From Octopus sinensis (Eukaryota), in assembly GCF_006345805.1 (NCBI RefSeq), contig NC_042997.1, forward strand, positions 190,526,001 to 190,590,000: a stretch of 64,000 bases of DNA. The letters are read 5' to 3'. The translations under genes and the position numbers were made by a program. The notes under the pieces were generated by a model. The model did no database searches and had not been told where the DNA came from. It worked only from the letters and a program-made list of their open reading frames with translations. Of this stretch, positions 1 to 10,119 are shown piece after piece. The stretch's first letter is position 1, and each line of letters begins with the position of its first letter.

Positions 1-7
1 AGATCTA

Positions 8-454
8 CAGACAGACAGACAGACAGACATATATATTTGCAGACTGAACCAAATCAACAAGGATGCTTTTACGTTCTTCCTTACAAAGACATATATTTCA
101 ACAGAAATTGCTTCTGTGTATGTGTATGTGTGTGTGTGTGTGCGCGCATGTGTGCACATGTGTGTGCGCATGGGTGTGCGCGTGTGTGTGTGCGCGTGTT
201 TGTGTGCGCATGTTTGTGTGTGCATGTGTGTGTGTGCGCATGTGTGTGTGTGTGCGCGTGTGTGTGCGCATGTGTGTGTGCGCATGTGTGTGTGTGCGCA
301 TGTGTGTGTGCGCATGTGTGTGCGCATGTGTGTGTGCGCATGTGTGTGTGCACATGTGTGTGTGCCATGTGTGTGTGTGTGCGCATGTGTGTGTGCGCAT
401 GTGTGTGTGCGCATGTGTGTGTGCATGTGTGTGTCTGTGTGCGTATATGTATAT

Positions 455-499
<45 letters not shown>

Positions 500-502
500 T
501 AT
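8..502. repeat. Compound microsatellite: (GACA)n, degenerate (GT)n/GCGCAT minisatellite, (TA)n
   Basis: Read directly. The overlapping CV/HT-rich ORFs here are translations of the repeat. Confidence 0.95.
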
Positions 503-940
503 ACACTTCATTTCATACCGTTCACAAAGCAGCACTAATTACATCGTCTCTCCGAATTCTCTTCTGAAACGAACACCTGACACTCACAGCAACGTTACTT
601 ATTCTACCAAGCAATTCCAATCATATAAAAAACACACCAAAATGGATGCTGGCCATGTTTTTTTCTTTATTCATTCTCTTTGATTTCGATTTCATGCTTC
701 CTTTACTTTCTTTTACTTGTTTCAGTCATTGGCCTGTGGCCATGATGGAGCACCATCTTGAACAATTTAGCCATGCAAATTGAATCCAGCACATAATTAT
801 TAAAGACCTATCGCTTTCATTTGCCGAACCGCTTGGTTTCTGAGATGTAGACAAACCAACAACGCTTGTCCAGCGGTGGAGGAGATAATATGCATGGAAA
901 CAGATAGACAGACACACACTCACATACACACCACACACAC

Positions 941-976
<36 letters not shown>

Positions 977-1164
977 TATATAAAAGGGCTTAGTAAAATA
1001 AATTACTTTGCCGCATACTGAACTCATTAGAAATAGCAGCTAAAAAAAACATTTATAAAACTATTTCTAATACTAAAGAAAACCTCTCTCATATAGTGTT
1101 TGCTCAATTCAACTCACGGAAGTATGGGGGGTAGAGACATTAAAAAATCAGATGCAAGGTTATT

Positions 1165-1217
1165 TGAGAACGTACGTTTCAAGATTAGTCAAACTCGACA
1201 TTTCTATCATCAGCTCA
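1165..1217 (-). ncRNA. Type I hammerhead ribozyme motif (F1, copy 1)
   Basis: Minus strand reads TGAG-CTGATGA-t-aga aat gtc gagttt gac taa tct-t-GAAAC-GTAC-GTT-CTCA: helix I UGAG/CUCA, palindromic helix III ACGUACGU, GUU cleavage triplet. Confidence 0.75.
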
Positions 1218-1591
1218 GAACTCCCTGGTTTGGATTTGAAAACACTGAAAGTGGGAGCATACCCCTTCGGCCTCCTATCGCTTCTGAAGATCCGCTCGTA
1301 ACTAACAGTGCCAACAACTCAAATATGCAAGCGAAGAATTTCTGCTCTCCCCTTTCCACCAGCGTGGGTTAAAATCAGTAACACTATGCTTTTTTCGGTA
1401 AAATCCGAGGCATTTAAATAGAGAGAGATGAATTATAATTCAACAATTGAGGGTAAAATTAATTAATTAATCAATTTCACCAAGTGTTCAGTATGCAAAG
1501 GGACCATTTAAGGCGAATTCAAATTATTACATTATATAAAAGGGCTTAGTAAAATAAATTACTTTGTTTTCAAATCCAAACCAGGGAGTTC

Positions 1592-1644
1592 TGAGCTGAT
1601 GATAGAAATGTCGAGTTTGACTAATCTTGAAACGTACGTTCTCA
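1592..1644 (+). ncRNA. Type I hammerhead ribozyme motif (F1, copy 2)
   Basis: CTGATGA at 1596-1602, GAAAC at 1629-1633, GTT at 1638-1640, closing helix TGAG/CTCA. Confidence 0.75.
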
Positions 1645-2150
1645 AATAACCTTTGCATCTGATTTTTTAATGTCTCTACCCCCCATACTTCCGTGAGTTG
1701 AATTGAGCAAACACTATATGAGAGAGGTTTTCTTAAGTATTAGAAATAGTTTTATAAATGTTTTTTTAGCTGCTATTTCTAATGAGTTCAGTATGCGGCA
1801 AAGTAATTTATTTTACTAAGCCCTTTTATATAATGTAATAATTTGAATTCGCTTTAAATGGTCCCTTTGCATACTGAACACTTGGTGAAATTGATTAATT
1901 AATTAATTTTACCCTCAATGTTTGAAATTATAATTCATCTCTCTCTATTTAAATGCCTCGGATTTTACCGAAAAAAGCATAGTGTTTACTGATTTTAACC
2001 CACGCTGGTGGAAAGGGGAGAGCAGAAATTCTTCGCTTGCATATTTGAGTTTGTTGGCACTGTTAGTTACGAGCGGATCTTCAGAAGCGATAGGAGGCCG
2101 AAGGGGTATGCTCCCACTTTAAGTGTTTTCAAATCCAAACCAGGGAGTTC

Positions 2151-2203
2151 TGAGCTGATGATAGAAATGTCGAGTTTGACTAATCTTGAAACGTACGTTC
2201 TCA
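2151..2203 (+). ncRNA. Type I hammerhead ribozyme motif (F1, copy 3)
   Basis: Identical to copy 2, 559 bp downstream. Confidence 0.75.
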
Positions 2204-2708
2204 AATAACCTTTGCATCTGATTTTTTAATGTCTCTACCCCCCATACTTCCGTGAGTTGAATTGAGCAAACACTATATGAGAGAGGTTTTCTTTAAGTAT
2301 TAGAAATAGTTTTATAATGTTTTTTTAGCTGCTATTTCTAATGAGTTCAGTATGCGGCAAAGTAATTTATTTTACTAAGCCCTTTTATATAATGTAATAA
2401 TTTGAATTCGCCTTAAATGGTCCCTTTGCATACTGAACACTTGGTGAAATTGATTAATTGATTAATTTTACCCTCAATTGTTGAAATTATAATTCATCTC
2501 TCTCTATTTAAATGCCTCGGATTTTACCGAAAAAAGCATAGTGTTTACTGATTTTACCCACGCTGGTGGAAAGGGGAGAGCAGAAATTCTTCGCTTGCAT
2601 ATTTGAGTTTGTTGGCACTGTTAGTTACGAGCGGATCTTCAGAAGCGATAGGAGGCCGAAGGGGTATGCTCCCACTTTCAGTGTTTTCAAATCCAAACCA
2701 GGGAGTTC

Positions 2709-2761
2709 TGAGCTGATGATAGAAATGTCGAGTTTGACTAATCTTGAAACGTACGTTCTCA
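2709..2761 (+). ncRNA. Type I hammerhead ribozyme motif (F1, copy 4)
   Basis: Identical to copy 3, 558 bp downstream. Confidence 0.75.
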
Positions 2762-3047
2762 AATAACCTTTGCATCTGATTTTTTAATGTCTCTACCCCA
2801 CCCCCCATACTTCCGTGAGTTGAATTGAGCAAACACTATATGAGAGAGGTTTTCTTTAAGTATTAGAAATAGTTTTATAAATGTTTTTTTAGCTGCTATT
2901 TCTAATGAGTTCAGTATGCGGCAAAGTAATTTATTTTACTAAGCCCTTTTATATAATGTAATAATTTGAATTCGCCTTAAATGGTCCCTTTGCATACTGA
3001 ACACTTGGTGAAATTGATTAATTAATTAATTTTACCCTCAATTGTTG

Positions 3048-3054
<7 letters not shown>

Positions 3055-3080
<26 letters not shown>

Positions 3081-3090
3081 CTTATATATT

Positions 3091-3176
<86 letters not shown>

Positions 3177-3224
3177 ATTATGTATATATAATATAGATAT
3201 ATAGATAGATAGATAGACAGATAT

Positions 3225-3297
<73 letters not shown>

Positions 3298-3322
3298 AAG
3301 AAAGATAGATAGATAGATATAT
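3055..3322. repeat. (TA)n plus (TAGA)n microsatellite
   Basis: Read directly. Confidence 0.95.
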
Positions 3323-3323
3323 A

Positions 3324-3545
3324 TTAAAATTATAACTTAGGGTATCTACGAGATACCGCCATGCTGAAAATAGCAGCCAGGATCTTACTCTAACACCACC
3401 TTAAGTGTTCATATAGCACAAGGAGAGAAGAGAAAAAGACAATATAAAACTAGTAAAAAATTACTGGATAATTCCAGATCCCGAATTTCTGGCTTTGCAT
3501 TTAGAAATGCTTTGCATCATTAGTGGAATATACGCAGAGAGAAAC
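3324..3545 (-). mobile_element. PLE-related terminal fragment with decayed hammerhead (F3; HHR 3471-3529, G5A)
   Basis: Minus strand reads ATTCCA-CTAATGA-tgcaaa gcattt ct aaatgc aaagcca-GAAAT-tcggg-ATC-TGGAAT, followed by a CTGCTATTT box and an end in (TA)n. Confidence 0.6.
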
Positions 3546-3551
3546 ATAAAT

Positions 3552-3608
<57 letters not shown>

Positions 3609-3622
3609 AGATATATATAGAT

Positions 3623-4384
3623 ATACTAAGTAATTAAGGGTTTAGCAACGATTTGCCTCACCACACACCGAATTTAGAAATAGCAGTCAAAGAGTTATAG
3701 CTATTGTTTCTACTAAAAGGGAGATCTCAGTAAAACCACAGCACTTGAAAGACAAACACAGACAGGCAAGAGAGAAAGAAATGACGGCAATCTATCATAC
3801 AATTTTAAGTCACCTACGGACGTACGTTTCGAAATTAAGTTTTAGGAAAGCATAAGAATTAGATAATTATGTCTTACCCAACTTCTTTTCTCATCAGCGT
3901 AGGACACTACAATTATGAATAATTGTATATTAAATTTCGAGGTACTTTTAGTAGAAAGAATAGCTATAACTCTTTGACTGCTATTTCTAAATTCGGTGTG
4001 TGGTGAGGCAAATCGTTGCTAAACCCTTAATTACTTAGTATTACTTAAACTTTCCTCGAATGAGGCTTTTACATGCCGAAATCTACTTGGTGAAATTAAT
4101 GATTATTCCAAATTAATTAATTTCACCCTATATTATTACTGATAACCATATTTCATCCCAGTAAATGACCACAACATCTTGTCTTGGCTGCACGCTGGTG
4201 GGAGGGGGTTGGTGACACAAACTTTCATTCACACTTTGAATTTGGTGATACTGGTAACGGCTTTAGCTCGTTCTGATACTGAGTTGAGATGATGTCTTCT
4301 AGTACCTCGAAATTTAATAATTCATAATTGTAGTGTCCTACGCTGATGAGAAAAGAAGTTGGGTAAGACATAATTATCTAATTC
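3623..4384. mobile_element. Hammerhead-bearing element F2, two blocks in inverted (divergent) orientation; reconstructed monomer ~576 nt
   Basis: 3623-3944 is minus-sense and 3945-4384 is plus-sense. 3623-3719 and 3945-4041 are inverted repeats. A second, truncated HHR starts at 4337 (CCTACG-CTGATGA). Confidence 0.8.
3813..3903 (-). ncRNA. Type I hammerhead ribozyme with long helix II (F2, copy 1)
   Basis: CCTACG-CTGATGA-GAAA...TTTC-GAAAC-GTAC-GTC-CGTAGG: 6-bp helix I, G10.1-C11.1, canonical GUC triplet. Helix II is extended by AAGTT/AACTT and CATAA/TTATG stems. Confidence 0.9.
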
Positions 4385-4392
4385 TATATATA

Positions 4393-4603
4393 CATAGGGC
4401 TGGCCAAAAGTCCCCCGACAGTAAATCATATCTGTAATTCTGTATTGACTCGAATGGAAAAACGCGTCACTCATGAAGAACTTCAGTTTGCATGGTGTTT
4501 CAAATTTAGATACATATATTAAATTCATTCAGTTGTTAAACATAAATAAATCTTGGAATTAAAGTGTTTTGAGTTACTGTCAGGTGAAATTTGGCCAACC
4601 CTG
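4393..4603. mobile_element. Tc1/mariner-type MITE
   Basis: ~30-bp imperfect TIRs (agggctggccaaaagtcccccgacagtaa / ttactgtcaggtgaaatttggccaaccctg), flanked by TA, no ORF. Confidence 0.8.
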
Positions 4604-4662
<59 letters not shown>

Positions 4663-5586
4663 ATAGGTGTATACATATACACTGACAAACTGCCCATAGG
4701 GCTAGACACTTTATGGGTGCGAAGCCATTGATCACTCTATGAATGGACATATACTTAACTTCTTACCAATACATTACTGCTTTATGGCTTAGAGTGTGTT
4801 TCTTGTTCAGACATACGATACAATGACGACACACACAGACTCAAATAAGACTGATATTTTATCCGCTCAATTCTGCGAGTTTCTCGCGTGTGAAACTTCA
4901 AGTGGTGCTGAAGTGTATAATTAAAACCGGCGCGGCAAGCGATTCTTTAGGTGTTCACAAGGCTGTGCATTAGCGATGAGTACTTGAAATGACTAAAATA
5001 GTATGACCGAAAGATTAGGTGATGCGACAATCCGATCCTTGGCACAAAAAAACGTAGAATATTTTCCTTTATCGCTCTCGTTTTTTCTTCTTTTTTTTTT
5101 CAATGCTATCTTTATCGTTAGAGAAGATTTGATTTGCGGACGTTATCTCAAGAGTTAGACGAGTTTCTAATAATATCTAGGGTATTCCTCTAAGATCTTC
5201 TGTATTTATAGAATACCTATAAGAAAGTGTTTTCGCTGTTAGCTGTGGATTCATTCAAGTATCTATCTGAACGATGTAATTACCTTTGTATTATTTGGGG
5301 AATATACTTTGTAACATTTTAAGGAGTTAAATGCATTACTATTATTTTGTCCAGATCTGACACTCTCTGATATCTATAAACAAATTCATTCCAGTTGTAA
5401 CTATTCTGTGTATCAGGGAATATGTTGCCCAATGTCTCCTTTATTTAAGGTAGTAGTATGTCGTTTAAAGGAATGTTATGGATTTTACTAGTTGGTAAAT
5501 GAGCGAATAGAATCTCCAGCATTCTCGTGATAATTAACGAACATCATTCTTACTTCCCCCTCACTGTTTACATATAGATAGATATG

Positions 5587-5694
<108 letters not shown>

Positions 5695-5904
5695 TACATA
5701 TATACATATATACACATTCACATACATATGTAAGCACAATTATATGCATACCTATATGCATACATGTATTGTAGATTATATATATATATAACTACATATA
5801 ATATTTGTAAACAAATCAGAAGGTGTTGTAAGTTACGAGAGCGGCTATGGAAGTCTATTAGTACAATAATAACTGAACTGAGAATCTGTCAATTTTAAAG
5901 CACC

Positions 5905-6545
5905 TCAGGGTAAACAATATTCATCGTTTAATATTTTGTTGGGGTCGAAATGAATTTTTGCTGCTTCCAACTCACGAGCAAGCACGCAGAATCGGCCGTG
6001 AGAGAAGCATGTAGTAGTGAGATCTGGTGCAACTACCTCGAGGAATTGACCCTGAGATTTGTTAATTGAAATACCAAAACTTAGTTTGACAGGAAACTGA
6101 AGAGTCTTAAATTCAAATGGAACATCTGTAGGTATGAGAGGAATTTTTGGAACAAAAACATTTTCTCTTTTGTGACTACCTGTTATGATTATTGCCTGTA
6201 GGATATGGGGATTCATGGAAGTAACAATTAAGCGAGTTCCATTTCACAGGTGAGATGGGTCAACATTCTTAAGCAACAGAATGGGAGCACCAAGTTTTAG
6301 TATCAAGTTATGCGGTGGAACCCCGGTGGATTTAAGAGTGTTCAGAAATTCAACAGAGTATTGAACAACCAGATCTTGATCGATTGTTGTCAATTGATCG
6401 AAAAGTCATTCCTGATGTATCTGTTAACTTTTAAAGAAGTTCATAATTGTGTTTATCAACCACTTCATTAGCTGGAGCTAGTATAGTTGTTTCAACGCCG
6501 AAAAGTCACCAATTTAGCAAAAATTACCATGCGTCACCAATGTAA
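5905..6545 (-). pseudogene. Helitron PIF1-like helicase C-terminal fragment (decayed)
   Basis: ORF 5905-6216 has VFVPKIPLIP..PFEFKTLQFPVKLSFGISINKSQGQ..CFSHG. Upstream frames give TGVPPHNLILKLGAPILLLKNVDP..NGTRL, with stops and frameshifts. Confidence 0.85.
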
Positions 6546-8123
6546 CAAAGTACAGAACGTCAACATTTATTTGGAAACTGCACTAAATGTTATAAAATTC
6601 ATGGGTGAATGTCACGGTGAAGAAAGTCAAATTCCAAGAACATTCAGAAAGCATATTCAATTTTTCATACGAAAATAATTTATTATTTTACAATTTTTAA
6701 ACGAACGCTGAAGAAAGTGTGTACAAAGAAATACGTTAATTAATTAAAAAGTTTGCTGAAGGATGTATGTAGCAAGACGTAAATGAGTTTGACATCACTT
6801 ACTATATATTTTAACTGTGTAAGATTATAAGGTATAGAATAAATACTGACTTACGCAGTAAAAAGGTTTCGCAGCGTTGACTACTCACACTGATAAGGCA
6901 GCATAGAAGGAATATGATAATGACGCTAGGACTATTAAAAAAGCATTACCTTCAAACTGGTTATCATGAATGGAATAACATTTCTGTAATTATATTGAAA
7001 GAGCCGTTCTAAGGGGTTCTACTTTGCTAAATTTCCGAATTGGTTATAATAACCAGGGTAACATTTTCTTTTTTTTTAGATATATTTGCGAGTGTTGTGA
7101 GTGCTGTCAAATCAGTCAAATCTACGTGTTGGTTATCAAAATCAGAATAATATTTCACCACATAAGTAGTGATAATCCTTAATGCCGCTTAAACTGCAAC
7201 CCTCCATGGTGAAAAGGAAAATCTAAACAGCGGTACTTAAAAGTGAACGCTGTTGTTCGTTAAACGTAGAAGCTACAAATATAAACCTTTCAAAACGGGC
7301 GCGTTTCAATGTTGGGCGATACAGTCGCATACATATATTAAGATACACACACACAGACATACATTCAAGCACACCTCAGACATATCTCTATCCCTCTGTC
7401 TTTAGATGTGTGTATGTCTGAATGTGTGCGTGTACGTGTGTGTGTGTGTATGTGTGTCAGTCGTCAAAGAAAATCTATGTATACTGACAGATACATACAC
7501 CGTCACATACACGCGTACACATATACTTCTCAGTCATCAGCGTAACGTACACAACGAACGCGCAAAGACACAACACACACACACACACACACACACACAT
7601 GCACACTCATATAGAAAATGTGATATCGTCGTCGATGTCGTTATCGTCATCGTAATATAAAATGTCGTTTATGATAGTTGACTTAGAGAACGATTATAAT
7701 GTTAGATTTTTGTAATGCAAATATGTAAATGAAAATAAAGTTTATTTAATAGCGAAAAATTTCTGAATCATTTGATATTTCATACGTCAAAACTGGCAAC
7801 TTTGTTTTCGAATCTATATGGAACTTACGCACACACACACACCACACACACACACACACACACCACACACACACACACAACCACACACACACACACCCCC
7901 CCACAAACACACACACCCCACACACAAACAACAAAACACCACACACAACCTATTTTATATATTAAGATATTACACGACATTTGAGTGCAATTTTCGTAGG
8001 TAGATTCTAAAATGGGCACTAACACCAGGGGATCAATTTCCAAGAGACTCTGCCAAAAGCATAAAGCACCAAACTTATATGAATTAAGGTTTTCTATACA
8101 TTGATGCGTTGCCCGTATAGATA

Positions 8124-8223
8124 NNNNNNNNNNNNNNNNNNNNNNNNNNNNNNNNNNNNNNNNNNNNNNNNNNNNNNNNNNNNNNNNNNNNNNNNNNNNN
8201 NNNNNNNNNNNNNNNNNNNNNNN
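8124..8223. other. Assembly gap (100 N)
   Basis: Run of N. Confidence 1.
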
Positions 8224-8435
8224 TTTTTGTTTACACACCCGTCTTCGTCTTTTGTTGTGGGTTTTTTTTTTGTAAATTCTCACTATATATTACACGCTCA
8301 CGTGGTCGCACCAGTTTTATCCAGTTTCCGACTCATAACACTTCGAACTTTTCTTGGACTTTTCTACCTGGATTCTCTAGCTGGAATTTCTACTCTCCTA
8401 CACTTCGGCTGCACCTCTCCTACCCATGGATCACA

Positions 8436-8530
8436 CTGGAGCCGCGTGGCTCTTAGGTGTTTTGCTCATAAACACACAAATCGCCAAGTCTGAGATCCGC
8501 TGCTCTAACTACTAGCCATGTACCTCCACT
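8436..8530 (-). mobile_element. Degenerate 5' part of tRNA-derived SINE (family C)
   Basis: Matches the head of the copies at 28972 and 30145 (cttaggtgtttcgctcataaacacac...ccactaggccatgtgcctccac). Confidence 0.65.
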
Positions 8531-8535
8531 GTATA

Positions 8536-8671
<136 letters not shown>

Positions 8672-8699
8672 CCGCGTGTGTACCGTTGGCGATTTTTTT

Positions 8700-8875
8700 C
8701 CCTCCGTCTTCCCTTCTCTGAATCTTTCCTTTTCCTATGTTTCTGACTATGAGCTCCGCTCGAAACGTAAAACCCTCCTTCTTCCCTTCCTTCCTGAGCG
8801 TCTAATAATACTATATTTGTTCAACGTCCTCGCGTTGTTGTGTTTTCTCTTTGTGTTTTCATGTTTGTATTAACT
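8700..8875 (+). mobile_element. Short PLE-related repeat with decayed minimal hammerhead (F7; 8739-8773)
   Basis: GTTT-CTGACTA-t-GAGC tcc GCTC-GAAA-CGTA-AAAC. A second copy lies on the minus strand at ~44880-45030. Confidence 0.6.
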
Positions 8876-8959
8876 TTATAAATATATACACGGAAATGGA
8901 TGCGTGGCGTTCAATCATGTAATAATATAAATAATATATATATATATCATAATTCAGTT

Positions 8960-9163
8960 TTGGGGATTAATAGATACACCCTTAGTTGGAGTGTAATATG
9001 TAGAGCCCACTCTTATAATATTGGTAATAAAATGTGTTTATTATGTATAACAGAATTTATGAAACTGCTACAGTCTGGAGATGAATTCCTAAACACGTAC
9101 GATGAACGAGCAGGTAAAAGTAGACACAAGAGTAATTTTACTTTAAATAAAATGAAATACTGA
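8960..9163 (+). pseudogene. Penelope-like retroelement GIY-YIG endonuclease C-terminal fragment
   Basis: WSVICRAHSYNIGNKMCLLCITEF..FLNTYDERAGKSRHKSNFTL matches the PLE terminal pattern W-I..a-sY....C-LC..E.....LN-r-E...CRH-nkf-L as recalled. Confidence 0.75.
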
Positions 9164-9324
9164 ACCCCCACCACCCTTGAATCTAATAACCATACACTTT
9201 TGATTTCCACAGTACTTGAATAAATTATATAAATAATTATATTAATTAATTAATTAATTAAATATTACTAAAAATTATATCATAACAAATTATATATATA
9301 TATATATCCCTCAACATATTTAAA

Positions 9325-10100
9325 TAATAAGGGTAAAAAATTGATATTAATTTAATTAACATCAATTCAAACCAGTGGCCTAGTATACTGAAAAATTATA
9401 TTACATACATATAAGGGAAATGACAATTAGGTGAACATTCAATATGCTAAATGTAGATTCCATATGGTCTGGCCACTAAGAAAAGGTTGATCTCAAGAAA
9501 ATTAGGGAAACGCCAGAACGTAAGCGGGTAAGGCAAATGAAAAGATACAACATATAATGATTAGTCGCATACTAGGTTTCATTGTTACCATTTACATATT
9601 TACATACGTAAATGTCCGCAGTTCATCACTGCGACCGCCATAGAAAATATAATTTGCCTAATTATACACGAGACGTCCACACGAAAGAGAACATGTATAC
9701 AGTTCTGTCATTATATTTGGGGGTATGAGGGCGGCGAGCTGGCGGAAACGTTAGCACGCCGGGTGAAATGCGTAGCCGTATTTCGTCTGCCGTTACCTTC
9801 TGAGTTCAAATTCCGCCGAGGTCGACTTTGCCTTTCATCCATTCAGGGTCGATAAATTAAGTACCATTTACGCACTGGGGTCGATATAATCGACTTAATC
9901 CGTTTGTCTGTCCTTGTTTGTCCCCTCTGTGTTTAGCCCCTTGTGGGTAGTAAAGAAATATGTATTTGGGGGTATGTTTCAAATGTCTTCGTTCTGGTGC
10001 GCCAAAGCCGGAAATGATTCTGCAGAAAATATTTTTCTGCATCGAAGCATGCCGGTTAGGGAACATGGTTATTTAAATTTAAATAATAAGAGTAAAAAAT
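9325..10100 (-). mobile_element. PLE-related element with decayed hammerhead (F9; 9564-9635), interrupted by a SINE
   Basis: Minus strand reads GTCGCA-GTGATGA-...-GAAAC-CTA-GTA-TGCGAC. Its 3' part shares the actggt..aattgat..ttaa..tttaccct block with F1/F2. Confidence 0.55.
9728..9962 (+). mobile_element. tRNA-derived SINE (family B), full length, 14-bp TSD
   Basis: tRNA-like head with B box (gagttcaaattcc). TSD tatttgggggtatg at 9714-9727 and 9963-9976. Confidence 0.9.
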
Positions 10101-10119
10101 TATTTTTATTAATATAATT

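Larger units (their letters stand above)
972..3054. mobile_element. Tandem array of a ~558-bp non-coding unit with one hammerhead per unit (candidate retrozyme / PLE-derived element, family F1); orientation switches at 1566/1567
   Basis: Near-identical units recur at 559- and 558-bp spacing (HHRs at 1592, 2151, 2709). Block 972-1566 is the reverse complement of the same unit. Both outer ends abut (TA)n. Confidence 0.85.

Noticed and set aside
37-683. Long overlapping ORFs (176-206 aa) rich in CV/HT/YI
   Set aside because: Translations of dinucleotide microsatellites. The same applies to similar ORFs throughout the window.
1275-1305. Second CTGAAGA within the F1 unit (opposite strand to the HHR)
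   Set aside because: Followed by tccgctcGTAAC rather than GAAA, and no helix I or III closes.
1100-1372. 90-aa ORF (and 66-aa opposite-strand ORF) repeated in each F1 unit
   Set aside because: Non-ATG starts, no recognisable domain, frameshift variants between copies, and not preserved in the related F2 unit.
972-3054. CRISPR-like or prokaryotic repeat array
   Set aside because: Units are ~558 bp and near-identical with no unique spacers; there are no cas genes and the context is eukaryotic.
5110-5560. Possible decayed PLE RT/linker on the minus strand
   Set aside because: Only vague similarity across many stops; not supportable without a translated search.
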